From Chloroflexota bacterium (GTDB taxonomy: Bacteria; Chloroflexota; Dehalococcoidia; JACQTR01): a stretch of 36,092 bases of DNA. Below are positions 8,235-17,330 of the stretch, piece by piece (positions within the stretch are counted from its first letter, which is position 1; each line of letters opens with the position of its first letter). The notes beneath the pieces are model-generated. The model was not told where the DNA came from. It made no database searches and saw nothing but the letters and a program-made list of their open reading frames with translations. Where the stretch lies: positions 1 to 36,092 of the forward strand of contig JACQTR010000183.1 of assembly GCA_016210705.1 (NCBI GenBank), written 5' to 3'. Both the position numbers and the translations under genes were made by a program.

Positions 8235-10466
8235 TTATTTATAGACTTGCGCCCGCCCGTTATCATAGACCTTCCCCTTGCCCTGGAGCAGACCGCTATC
8301 CGCAATGCTAAGGTAAATAGGCTCACCCAAGGGTACTAGCGGCGGCAGCCTCACCTCCCCACGCTCCACGTTAAACCCCCTCAAATACAGATAGGCACCA
8401 GGTGGCACCTCCGCCTTTCGGAAGAAACCTTGCATTTCAGCCTCGGTTTTCGGACGCTCCCAGCCACCCAGAACTATAATATTGGGCGCATCGGGATACC
8501 CCCAAAAAGTCACCACACCATTAACATCGGCATAGACCTGGGCCTCCGGTGACCCCAGATGTTTGGAGAGCCAGCGGGCGCCTCCCTCCTCGCGTCGATC
8601 GAAGCGGGCGAAGTCCACCTTTGGAGAGAGAGCAAAGGAACTGGGAATATCACCCACCGCCTGGAACACCCAGCCACTTTGGAATAAGAAATAGGGCACC
8701 AGGACAAGAAGCACAGCCGCCAGGGACAGGCGCTCCACTATATCCCGCGCCAGCCACCGACTGATTAGCTGAAATAAAAAGTCTATTCCCAAAACGAAAA
8801 AGGGCGAAAGCAGCAGCAAGCCTACGAAATATAGTCGGTCGGAGCGGAACCCTCCGGTGGTGAAAAAGGGGACGAAGGTCATCGCCAGCGATAGCAAACC
8901 GACAGCAGAAAGCAGAAGGTACAGAGAGGAAAATCCTGTCTCCCGCCGTCTAAGCACCTTTATCGCCATACCTAAGGCTCCTACGCCAATGAGCACCCTG
9001 GTGAAACGACTAAGGTCGGCTGCCAGTCTATACCATAATGAGGGTATCCTTAACGGAGCCATCCCTAGCTGCCGTAAGACACCTTGATCTGTGGACACAG
9101 GGTTAAGAAATTCGTTCAGGCTTTTATACATGTGATCTCCCCAGCGGATAATCTCTTCAAACATCGCCCCTTTCGCAGTATTCATGTACCAAGCGAAGGA
9201 TAATGCAAAGAAGAGAGCTACCAGAGTTCCGCTGAGGATTTCATGGCTATCGCCTGGCATATCATGGCCTGCCCCTCCGATTCGACCACCCGCTGGTCGC
9301 AGTCCAAGAAGTAGGGGTTTAACGGCCAGGGCCAACGCTAAGTAAATAAGCCATAGGTAGGTCATGCCGTAGTAAGAGATTACCATAGAGGCGCCGAAAA
9401 CAATGGTTAGGAACACTTTATCCCATGACCTTCTCTCGTCGGTCATGGTCAAGACAACAAGGACCGCAAAAAGCATGCCCATGCCCTGCTTGGCCAGCTC
9501 CGTGCCGGTGATATAGAAAGCAGGGAAGGCCATCAAAAAGAAGGAGGCCAGGAAAGCCTTGCGAGACTCTATCTGCCGACGGTAAAGGACATAAAGCCCC
9601 AGTGGCACCAAGGAGAAAAACAAGGGATATATTGCTTTGAAAAACCATATCCCGGAGATATCTAAAAAGCGGGTGTAAATAGTGGGCAGTATGGTAACCG
9701 ACAGAGTAATAGCGTATTGAGGGAACCCCGCTGTGGAGCTCCATAGAGAGTTTTGCTCCGTCAGTTTGTAAACCAGGTGTTCCATCCTTACATCCCACCC
9801 TACCAAATTGTCAGTTATCAGTGTCCTGTGGAGTAGTAGGGAGATAGCGATCAGAAGGACAGCTACCGGCAGCAGGCGCTGGGGTATGAATCGGCCCCAA
9901 GCAGCCAACACGACCACCATCGCTACCAGGGGAAACATTACCATGAATAGGATATTATTCTGCTGGAAGTTGAACTGTGCGGCTCCAGCAATGCTCAGAA
10001 GAGGGAGGATAAAGAGAAAAAGTAAGGGCAGCAGAGGGATTCTTTCTCCAACGGACCTCAGGGAGAATACAAAGCCCCGATCAATCCAGTAGCTCAGGCC
10101 CATTAAGAGTAGGACAGCAACGGTAAAGGTGGCAGAGAGAGATAGGAGGGATAGGGGCCGATAAACGCCTATCATAGGATACAACCAGTTGATCAGTAGA
10201 CCGATAAACATCAAAAAGGCCAAGCTCAGGCCGACAGCGTAGAGCAGGGCCTCCACGGGGCTCAGGCTACGGATACGGAGAATGCGAAGGAGCAAGAATC
10301 CGGGCACGAAAGTGAGGTAAACGAAGCCGATAAGCGTTCCTGCTACTGGCAAAGCATAACCTAGTAGGGCCAGGGCTACCACCACCAGGATGCCAATCTG
10401 GATGGCCAGAACCAAGTTAAGGAAGCGGCCTATTGGCCAGTCAATAGGGGGTCGCAAAAGCATCAT
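8235..10466 (-). CDS. Large polytopic membrane protein with a C-terminal soluble domain; GT-C-like glycosyltransferase/polymerase candidate (resembles the archaeal DUF2206 family)
   Basis: 743 aa with about 15 or more hydrophobic segments, followed by a roughly 150-aa hydrophilic C-terminus. The family name comes from recollection of this architecture, not from a search. Confidence 0.55.
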   Translation of the reverse strand: MMLLRPPIDWPIGRFLNLVLAIQIGILVVVALALLGYALPVAGTLIGFVYLTFVPGFLLLRILRIRSLSPVEALLYAVGLSLAFLMFIGLLINWLYPMIGVYRPLSLLSLSATFTVAVLLLMGLSYWIDRGFVFSLRSVGERIPLLPLLFLFILPLLSIAGAAQFNFQQNNILFMVMFPLVAMVVVLAAWGRFIPQRLLPVAVLLIAISLLLHRTLITDNLVGWDVRMEHLVYKLTEQNSLWSSTAGFPQYAITLSVTILPTIYTRFLDISGIWFFKAIYPLFFSLVPLGLYVLYRRQIESRKAFLASFFLMAFPAFYITGTELAKQGMGMLFAVLVVLTMTDERRSWDKVFLTIVFGASMVISYYGMTYLWLIYLALALAVKPLLLGLRPAGGRIGGAGHDMPGDSHEILSGTLVALFFALSFAWYMNTAKGAMFEEIIRWGDHMYKSLNEFLNPVSTDQGVLRQLGMAPLRIPSLWYRLAADLSRFTRVLIGVGALGMAIKVLRRRETGFSSLYLLLSAVGLLSLAMTFVPFFTTGGFRSDRLYFVGLLLLSPFFVLGIDFLFQLISRWLARDIVERLSLAAVLLVLVPYFLFQSGWVFQAVGDIPSSFALSPKVDFARFDRREEGGARWLSKHLGSPEAQVYADVNGVVTFWGYPDAPNIIVLGGWERPKTEAEMQGFFRKAEVPPGAYLYLRGFNVERGEVRLPPLVPLGEPIYLSIADSGLLQGKGKVYDNGRAQVYK

Positions 10467-10508
10467 GAAATTTTATCGCGGAACAGATACCAGCCGCCGG
10501 TTTCATCC

Positions 10509-11549
10509 TTAAGACTTCCGTGCCAGGATGGTAAACGGACCACTGAGGAAAGGCAATAGGAATTGCGGTGCCTTCCGCAGTAGAGGGGAGCGGAGCCTTA
10601 CCCAGGCCGTTTTCCAGGGATTTGGTGCCGCGAATCTGATGATCGATGAAGGAGGGGGCAAAAGACGGCACTGAAAGCCCAGAGACCTTAGCTGCCCTAT
10701 AAGCTGGAAGGGACTAAAGCCCAGTTCGGGAAATTCGCCGGTGTAGGGGTTTATACCTAGAAAGGACTTTCTTGAAGCCACCTTCCCGGTCTCCAGGAAC
10801 TGGCCTACCGCCTGCCTTATTTCTTCTCCCCATAACCCACGGGTTTTAATAGCAAGTTCTGTTACCGTTTTGCCATCCAGGATAGGGAAGGATTCCTGAA
10901 TTATCCTTTTCCTACCTTCCAGAGCCGATACCTTATCTACCGCTCTCCCATATTGAACCATATCCTTATCTATAGGCCCATATTCTGACCTTCGCCACTC
11001 CCTTCGGGTGCGAATTCGGCTAAGGGGGAACAGGTCATTGTTGCCGTCTTGAATATATAGCGTACCTCCGTCTTCCAGGACATCCTTAATCTTTTCTAAA
11101 AGCGATTTAGTATCTCTAATATGAGAAATGGCCTCTATCATAGTCACCACAGCAAATGAGCTAGGGGGCAAAGAATAAGTAAGGAAATCCCCCTGCTCTA
11201 TGTTGATGGCGCAGTCGGAGAATCTTTTTAGTATGACTCGGGCGGTTGACACCATCTCTTGGGAGACATCTATCCCTGTGGATAGACCAGAGCCTAGGAG
11301 ATAATAGCAGAGAAGCCTAAGCCCAAAGCCACAACCTATATCCAGCACCCGCCCTCCTTCCATCCGGCAAAGGTCAAAGACGGCCGCCGATTCCAAGAGG
11401 TATCTTTTAAGACCCAAGGGTGTCAGCATACGACTGCGCTTATAGTAGTAACCAAATAGGGGATCCGCCCCCTTTTCCAGGGCGGGATCAAGAAGAACTG
11501 ATGCCAGCCTTTCCAGAGCAGCCTGGATGTGCCTTTCTTCAGCCATCAT
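10509..11549 (-). CDS. Class I SAM-dependent methyltransferase with a C-terminal extension
   Basis: Motif I VLDIGCGFGLRL and LEDGGTLYIQD. ATGA overlap with the upstream GT4 stop. Confidence 0.8.
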   Translation of the reverse strand: MMAEERHIQAALERLASVLLDPALEKGADPLFGYYYKRSRMLTPLGLKRYLLESAAVFDLCRMEGGRVLDIGCGFGLRLLCYYLLGSGLSTGIDVSQEMVSTARVILKRFSDCAINIEQGDFLTYSLPPSSFAVVTMIEAISHIRDTKSLLEKIKDVLEDGGTLYIQDGNNDLFPLSRIRTRREWRRSEYGPIDKDMVQYGRAVDKVSALEGRKRIIQESFPILDGKTVTELAIKTRGLWGEEIRQAVGQFLETGKVASRKSFLGINPYTGEFPELGFSPFQLIGQLRSLGFQCRLLPPPSSIIRFAAPNPWKTAWVRLRSPLLRKAPQFLLPFLSGPFTILARKS

Positions 11550-12628
11550 CCTTTACTCAAAATCTTCTGGTACACTGCCAGGGTCTTTTGGGCAATGACA
11601 TCCCAGGCGTATTCCGTTTCCAGCTTGCGCTGGCCCGCCTGTCCCATCCGGCGGCGGAGGTCATCGTCCCGCAATAGCTTAACCACCGCCTCGGCCAGGG
11701 CCTGGGGGTCCCTAGGGGCCACAACCAGACCCGTTTCCCCATGGTTCACCATCTCGGGCAGGCCACCCACATTGGTGGCCACCACCGGCTTCCCGAATCC
11801 GTAAGCCACCTGGGCAACAGCCGTTTGAGAAGCATCCACATAAGGCAGTACCACCACCTTACACCTCTGAAAAAGCTCCGCCCCATCTTCAAAGCTGATA
11901 AATCGGTTGTAAACGAGAAAGTCTTCCGGGTTAACCATAAGCCGCCTATACTTGCCGATGTCTCCCTCCCCAGCAATAGCCACCCTGACGCCGGGCATCT
12001 CTCTGGCTATAAGTGGCTGGGCCCTAATCAGGTATTCCAGCCCTTTATAATCCCGGATCCTGCCAAAAAAGAGTACAATATTTTCTTCCAGCACATTTTC
12101 CCGGTGCCAGGGCTTGAAGGCCGAGTAGTGCTCCCCCTGGGGTACAACGTTTACCTTTTCTTCAGGCATAGCCAGCTTGCCAACCATCAATTTCTTTAGG
12201 GACTCAGCATGGACGATTACCTGCCTAGAGTGCCTTCTCGCCCAAAAATCCATGACCCGGGTTGATAGTCTCTCTTCCCCCAGGTGGGGCTCCGGGTCAT
12301 GGAAAGTAGTAACCACGGGATAGTGGCTCAGTCGGCTCAGCAGGGCCAGCCAGTACCAGAAATGAGCCGTCTGGCTGTGAATGATGTCCGGATGAAAGCT
12401 GTTAATTTGGCGGACCACTTGAGCCACTAGGCTAGTATTGGCGGGATAGAATCGAGAAGAAGCGGGCAGAAGAAGCAGCTTTACTCCCTTGCCTATAGTA
12501 CCCAAAAGTTCAGAAGACAAACCCCGGCTTGTAATTAATGCCACCTCCTCTGTCATAGGGTAAATGGCATTGCTTAACTGAATGGCGTAGTTCCCTAGGC
12601 CGTGGGGAGTTATGCCCAGCACGCGCAA
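11546..12628 (-). CDS. Family 4 glycosyltransferase (GT-B)
   Basis: C-terminal Glycos_transf_1 signature VLPYVDASQ...GKPVVATNVGGLPEMVNHGETGLVV. TTG start with AAGGAGA upstream. Confidence 0.85.
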   Translation of the reverse strand: MRVLGITPHGLGNYAIQLSNAIYPMTEEVALITSRGLSSELLGTIGKGVKLLLLPASSRFYPANTSLVAQVVRQINSFHPDIIHSQTAHFWYWLALLSRLSHYPVVTTFHDPEPHLGEERLSTRVMDFWARRHSRQVIVHAESLKKLMVGKLAMPEEKVNVVPQGEHYSAFKPWHRENVLEENIVLFFGRIRDYKGLEYLIRAQPLIAREMPGVRVAIAGEGDIGKYRRLMVNPEDFLVYNRFISFEDGAELFQRCKVVVLPYVDASQTAVAQVAYGFGKPVVATNVGGLPEMVNHGETGLVVAPRDPQALAEAVVKLLRDDDLRRRMGQAGQRKLETEYAWDVIAQKTLAVYQKILSKG

Positions 12629-12648
12629 AGTTTATGAGGTCTCCTTTA

Positions 12649-12852
12649 TTATACTATCCCCAACTTGGCCTTTATTACTGACAAGGCTGCTCGAATATCC
12701 TTATCGGAGTGTACCAATTCCACCTCACCACTGACCTTTAATATATATTCCTCCGTGCCCTCAGGGCTACGCACATATACTTTTCCTTCCGAGACTACGA
12801 TATTGCCATGTCCCTCTGCGGGCGTCCTAGCGTACAGATCAATTAAATTCAT
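12649..12852 (-). CDS. Hypothetical 67-aa soluble protein
   Basis: The ATG overlaps the stop of the upstream gene (ATGA). GAGGAGGGAGGA lies directly upstream. I recognise no motif. Confidence 0.65.
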   Translation of the reverse strand: MNLIDLYARTPAEGHGNIVVSEGKVYVRSPEGTEEYILKVSGEVELVHSDKDIRAALSVIKAKLGIV

Positions 12853-13604
12853 TCCTCCCTCCTCAATCGGAACCCAATCTCATCCACATAGGCTAAGTCG
12901 GTGACGACAGTTCCTGCTAGTGACAACGCCCACCCCGTGCCCATAATAGTGAGGCCCAAAATCTGCGCAGCACCATTAGCAGGAGTACCTGATCCATAGG
13001 CGTGTCTCCCTTGCCATGTCCCTAACACATAGGCCGCTTTGTCCAAATACCAGTAAGAGCCGTTCCCGCTGCCCTGTCTTTTGAATATCCAGCTAACAGC
13101 CCCCAGACCAGCATGAGTAAGAACAACGGGAAACTTTGCGGTTGTGCCATATGTTCCCACCGCCAGCCAAACCTGGCAAAGGCTGACCACCGCGTTGCCT
13201 TGGTCAACCCAGAGGTACACTTTTATTTGGTTGGCCGTGCCCAGGCTGAAATCGGCGGCAACGTTGGCCCCAGCGTACTGGGCACCGGTGGCATTCCAGA
13301 TTCCTGTGGCCTTCTCCACCCCATTGACCTCAATGGAGTAAAAGAGTTGGGTAGCCGCGGGGCTGCCGCCAAAGCTATCTATGGTTACCTGGAGTCGCAA
13401 GCCTAACTGGGGCACAGCAATCTGGCTATTCGTGATGGCAGGGACCGTCAGATTGGTTGAATAATCGGGCGAGGCTTGTTTGGCTGTAGCCACCACCGAC
13501 TTCGTCCCCGGTTCCAGATCTCCTGAGTCCTGTATTCCGGGGGTGTAGGTTATTTGCTCTATCATCTCCACTGAGGCCAGAGCGCCAGCAAACCTTAAAG
13601 TCAT
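12849..13604 (-). CDS. Hypothetical 251-aa beta-rich Gly/Thr/Ala/Val-rich protein with no signal peptide or TM segment
   Basis: ATG 13604 is preceded by GGAGGAGG (13609..13616) at 4-nt spacing. The ORF track opens at GTG 13619, which would place that SD inside the coding sequence. I recognise no family. Confidence 0.7.
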   Translation of the reverse strand: MTLRFAGALASVEMIEQITYTPGIQDSGDLEPGTKSVVATAKQASPDYSTNLTVPAITNSQIAVPQLGLRLQVTIDSFGGSPAATQLFYSIEVNGVEKATGIWNATGAQYAGANVAADFSLGTANQIKVYLWVDQGNAVVSLCQVWLAVGTYGTTAKFPVVLTHAGLGAVSWIFKRQGSGNGSYWYLDKAAYVLGTWQGRHAYGSGTPANGAAQILGLTIMGTGWALSLAGTVVTDLAYVDEIGFRLRREE

Positions 13605-13633
13605 TTTTCCTCCTCCCACCCAAACTAACCCCG

Positions 13634-13663
13634 ATAATAGAACTAACGTTCTCTATTTGTCAA
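13634..13663 (-). promoter_or_regulatory. sigma70-type promoter candidate, TTGACA - 18 nt - TATTAT
   Basis: On the minus strand, the consensus -35 TTGACA is at 13663..13658 and the -10 TATTAT is at 13639..13634. It sits in the 94-nt gap upstream of the 251-aa gene. Confidence 0.5.
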
Positions 13664-13713
13664 GGCCGTACTGTCATCCCCACCGAAGCCAGCAATTATC
13701 CCTTCGTTCTCTC

Positions 13714-15297
13714 CTACATAAGAAGCTTTCCTTGTTTTTTCAGCTCCCGCACCCTTCGCCTGATCAGTTCCCTTTCTCCCACCGCCTGATGGGATATCCC
13801 CCGAGTTGCCGCAACGCTTCCCTTTTTGAACAGTTCTTTGAGCACCTGGCCATCCATGTCCTCAGGAACAGGCAATCCCAACAGGTGCAGAACCGTAGGC
13901 GCTATGTCATAGACCTGGGCGCCCTCTATCCTCCCGCCAACATCAAAGTCCCCCCCTTGGGCAATTAAAATACCCTCCCCACGATGGGATCCACTAAAGC
14001 TGGTATTGGGCGCGGGGGAGCGAAATATGCTCTTATTAAAAGTATAATCTACACTGCAACTGAAGTCGTTCAAGGCGAAAATTATATCAGGGGCGAGTTC
14101 CAGGTATGGCCCCGAATAGAGGTCTTCCCGGTGGCGAACCACTACTGTTATACCCAGTTGTGAGCATACTTCCTCGAGTCTATCGGTGATTTCTTCCCCT
14201 AGCCTCCCGCGTTCTGAGGCCGAGTCTATAGCTGGGCTCAAAAAGATTCTGCCTGTAGAGGGGTCATGGATGTTAGCGAAGGCCAGGGTCCGTGTCATAT
14301 CTACTTGCTGGATAAAAGAAGCCGGGCGAGCCCTGGCCATCCAGCGCACTTTGTCGCGCATCGGCCGCGGTGCCAGGGTCCATATTTTAGTAAGGGAGCG
14401 ACGGATATCCCAAAGGATGCCGCTTGGTCGCCAAGCCCTGTGAAGATAGCCCTCCCCTTCCAGCCAGGAGTTGGTAAAAAAAGATTGGCTATGAGGCCCA
14501 AAACCATGGTCGGAAACTACCAGGATATTTCCTTTTTCATCAATGCCCTCCATCACCCGGCCCACAATGTCGTCAACCTGCTGCCACATTTGGTCAAAAA
14601 GAGGACGATAATGCTCTGCAGCTTGCCTTTGAAAACAGGGGTGGGCCTCGTCCAAATACTTCCACATAAAATGCTGCATGAAATCGGTGGCCGATATTAC
14701 TACGGTGAGAATATCTATATCTCGGGACAGGAATAGCTCCACAGCCTTTTTATTTATGTTTAGCAAGCGCATCACATCGCTAACGAAAGCAGAGGAACGG
14801 TGAGCATAACGAGGGCTATTCCAGTGAATATGCACCTCATAACCGTTACAGTGGCTGAAAAGCTCATCCTTAAGCTCCCTGGGGTAAGTAAAATCCCTAT
14901 CGAGAAAGGAACCCAAGCCGCCGACCATATATCCATTTATTGGATAAGGGGGGAACAGCCCTGGGAAATTCAAGATACCAACTTTAAACCCTGCTTGGGA
15001 AAGATAATCCCAATAGGCCCCCGATTTTCTAATGGCGCTGGAGTTCCATGCCTTCAGCTCCAGGCCACCCTTCACCGTGGGATTAAGAAAATCAAATACG
15101 CCGGTCTTTCCTGGGTTCTTGCCCGTAGCCACAGAAGTCCATGCAGCCGCGCTAACTGGCGGGAAGGTGCTATGAAGATAACCCCAGGAACCTTCTTTCA
15201 GGAGCTTACCTAAGTAAGGCAACCTGCCATCGGCAATTAATGGGTTTAAGATATCAAAAGTTGCGCCGTCCAGCCCGATCACCGCTAGTTTTACCAC
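13714..15297 (-). CDS. Alkaline-phosphatase superfamily protein (type I phosphodiesterase/nucleotide pyrophosphatase-like)
   Basis: VIGLDGATFD (metal Asp), the nucleophile region HSTFPPVSAAAWTSVATGKNPGKTG, VVSDHGFGPH, and a distal GSHRGEG. No TM segment and no signal peptide. GTG start with AAGGTGA upstream. Confidence 0.8.
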   Translation of the reverse strand: MVKLAVIGLDGATFDILNPLIADGRLPYLGKLLKEGSWGYLHSTFPPVSAAAWTSVATGKNPGKTGVFDFLNPTVKGGLELKAWNSSAIRKSGAYWDYLSQAGFKVGILNFPGLFPPYPINGYMVGGLGSFLDRDFTYPRELKDELFSHCNGYEVHIHWNSPRYAHRSSAFVSDVMRLLNINKKAVELFLSRDIDILTVVISATDFMQHFMWKYLDEAHPCFQRQAAEHYRPLFDQMWQQVDDIVGRVMEGIDEKGNILVVSDHGFGPHSQSFFTNSWLEGEGYLHRAWRPSGILWDIRRSLTKIWTLAPRPMRDKVRWMARARPASFIQQVDMTRTLAFANIHDPSTGRIFLSPAIDSASERGRLGEEITDRLEEVCSQLGITVVVRHREDLYSGPYLELAPDIIFALNDFSCSVDYTFNKSIFRSPAPNTSFSGSHRGEGILIAQGGDFDVGGRIEGAQVYDIAPTVLHLLGLPVPEDMDGQVLKELFKKGSVAATRGISHQAVGERELIRRRVRELKKQGKLLM

Positions 15298-15336
15298 GGC
15301 TCACCTTTCATCTGAGATCTGCACTGTTTCACAGGA

Positions 15337-16113
15337 TCAGCCCAATTCCCCTCGGATAGCGCGGAACATGTCCTGTGGAGTCTCAATGTCGTAATCGACA
15401 TTGACGGTAATCAGCAAGGCGTTCTCGTGATGATCGCCTTTTAGCGCTCCCTCTGACGTTTTCTCTGGCAACGTCCGCACTTTTGCTTCGCCAAAGGCGC
15501 AAAACCCGTGGTCGGAGACCACCACCAGCTCGTTTTGTCCGCTGTCCAGAAAGTTAGAATCGAAGACAAGCTCCCCGATCTTTGCGTCTAATCTTCTATA
15601 CCAGTCAAAAACACACTCCTCGCCCCAATGGAAGTGTTGAACTCTGTCTAAAAAGGTATAAACAGAGATGAGCAAATCCAAGTCTTCCCACAGAAGCTGC
15701 TTAGTCTCCTCGGTGACTCTATAGAGTTCCTCTTCCCACTCTCCCTCATTGGTGGGCAATCCGAAACCCACTGGCTTGAAATTAACCCCGAAGGAAAAGG
15801 GCGGCACCACGAAAGGAACATTCAGGGCTTTGGCCCTTTTCCCCTCTCGGTGCAAAATATCCCAAATGAAGTCCACTTTTATATCCTGCCTTTTTACCAG
15901 CTCGCCGTTAACAACAAAACTCTCATGCCGGTGCTCCTCTGGGGTCTTTCCTGAGAACATACTGCACCAGACCGAGGGTGAGATGGGCTTCTCGGTGAGG
16001 ACTAACTCTTTACACTTACCACTTTGGCATAGACGTTGGAAGTTATTCAGCCGAGACAAATTGGGCCTTATCACGCTCCAAGTGGCAGCATCGATCCCCA
16101 AAACAAAAATCAC
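15337..16113 (-). CDS. Short alkaline-phosphatase/NPP-fold protein (258 aa)
   Basis: [40 protein letters not shown] and GDHHE reproduce the AlkP-core metal and nucleophile positions. The GTG start overlaps the cysN stop (GTGA). Confidence 0.7.
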   Translation of the reverse strand: MIFVLGIDAATWSVIRPNLSRLNNFQRLCQSGKCKELVLTEKPISPSVWCSMFSGKTPEEHRHESFVVNGELVKRQDIKVDFIWDILHREGKRAKALNVPFVVPPFSFGVNFKPVGFGLPTNEGEWEEELYRVTEETKQLLWEDLDLLISVYTFLDRVQHFHWGEECVFDWYRRLDAKIGELVFDSNFLDSGQNELVVVSDHGFCAFGEAKVRTLPEKTSEGALKGDHHENALLITVNVDYDIETPQDMFRAIRGELG

Positions 16114-17321
16114 TCCAAAGCCTCCAGCACCACCCCAACCCCAATATGTCGGTTACCTTTCACCAGAACAAACCTGCCCAGCTCAGGAATATCAGAGAAC
16201 CTCTCCACTACCAGAGGCTCCGTGGCCAGAAGAACAGTGGCCGCTTCATTCTCACCTATCTCCGATGGTCCGGCCTCGACTATCGCTCCGGTCTCCGCGC
16301 TTATTTTCTCCTTTATCTCCCTAACCTCACACTTTACTCTATTAGTCCCGCAGCGGAGCTCCAACTCCTCTCCCTTCCCCAAACTCCCATCCAATAAAAC
16401 TACCTCGCCCCAAAATCGCCGTACCGCCATAGGGGCACTTCCCACCAAGCCGAGCACATCCCCGCGCTTAGCTACCCCATCGATTACAAGGCCTACGCTG
16501 TCTCCCGATTGCGCCCGCTCTTGGTCGGCGGGAAACACCCTTATCCGCTCTATCTTAGTCCTCGTATCCGAGGGTTGAACAACTATTTCATCTCCTATTT
16601 TCATCAAGCCAGCAATCACTCTGCCCACGATAATTTCTTGCGATTCAACCCGATATTCCCCCTGAACCACAAACCTTAAGGGCTTCGGCTCCAGACTCAA
16701 GTTCACTTGATCTAACGCTTCTATGAGCGTAGGGCCCCGATACCACTTCATCCGCTGCGATGACCGATAGATGTTTTCTCCTTCTGCTGCTGAGGCTGGT
16801 ATGAACGACACATCGGAGTAGCCAAGGGAAGTCAAAGCCGCGCCCACGTCTTCCCTAACAGTGCGGAAGGACTCTTCACTGTAGTCCAGGACATCCATTT
16901 TGTTTACGACAACGAAGAGCCGCTTTATCCCCAGCATTTTGAGCAGAAAGGCGTGTCTCCTAGTCTGCTCCTGAACGCCTTCCTGGGCTGAAACAACCAA
17001 CACAGCCAGCTCGGCGTGAGAGGCCCCAGTCAACATGTTCTTTATGAATTCCTTGTGTCCTGGTACATCAGCAATGCTATATAGGGCTTTCTTACTCTTA
17101 AACATCACCTCGGTGGTATCTATGGTTCTCTCTTCCTTCAGCTCGTCCTCAAAAGAGTCTATAAAATAAGCGAATTCAAAACGCTTCTTATATTCCTCGG
17201 CCAACTGTTGTATCTCCGCCAGCCGACCTTCTCTTATGCTCTCAGAATCGTAAAGCAGCCTTCCTATTAAGGTAGATTTGCCATGGTCAATATGGCCAGC
17301 AACGACTACGTTCACCTTCAT
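16110..17321 (-). CDS. cysN: Sulfate adenylyltransferase subunit 1 (CysN-type EF-Tu-like GTPase), with no fused APS-kinase domain
   Basis: G1 [10 protein letters not shown]3 DVPGH and G4 NKMD motifs, followed by beta-barrel domains. It is 403 aa and sits directly downstream of cysD. Confidence 0.85.
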   Translation of the reverse strand: MKVNVVVAGHIDHGKSTLIGRLLYDSESIREGRLAEIQQLAEEYKKRFEFAYFIDSFEDELKEERTIDTTEVMFKSKKALYSIADVPGHKEFIKNMLTGASHAELAVLVVSAQEGVQEQTRRHAFLLKMLGIKRLFVVVNKMDVLDYSEESFRTVREDVGAALTSLGYSDVSFIPASAAEGENIYRSSQRMKWYRGPTLIEALDQVNLSLEPKPLRFVVQGEYRVESQEIIVGRVIAGLMKIGDEIVVQPSDTRTKIERIRVFPADQERAQSGDSVGLVIDGVAKRGDVLGLVGSAPMAVRRFWGEVVLLDGSLGKGEELELRCGTNRVKCEVREIKEKISAETGAIVEAGPSEIGENEAATVLLATEPLVVERFSDIPELGRFVLVKGNRHIGVGVVLEALE

Positions 17322-17330
17322 TCGATTACC

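Noticed and set aside
12849-13604. Three N-x-S/T sequons (NLT, NAT, NGS) in the 251-aa protein as evidence that it is an N-glycoprotein substrate.
   Set aside because: Three sequons in 251 residues is close to chance for this composition, and the protein has no export signal. It is kept only as a caveat within the broader hypothesis.
13022-13623. Several 60-100-aa ORFs on both strands overlapping the 251-aa hypothetical gene.
   Set aside because: All are shorter than the 251-aa frame and nested within it. Only the 251-aa frame has the promoter/SD context and the ATGA coupling to the next gene.
13714-16113. Calling the two AlkP-superfamily proteins sulfatases because of the neighbouring cysDN.
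   Set aside because: Neither has the C/S-x-P-x-R formylglycine motif. Their nucleophile regions (PPVSAAAW, PISPSVW) resemble the NPP/phosphodiesterase branch instead.
15749-16578. Plus-strand ORFs of 191, 180 and 83 aa (15749..16324, 16036..16578, 16146..16397) rich in Pro/Ser/Thr.
   Set aside because: They are antisense to the well-supported cysN and AlkP-fold genes, have low-complexity composition, and show no SD or recognisable domains.
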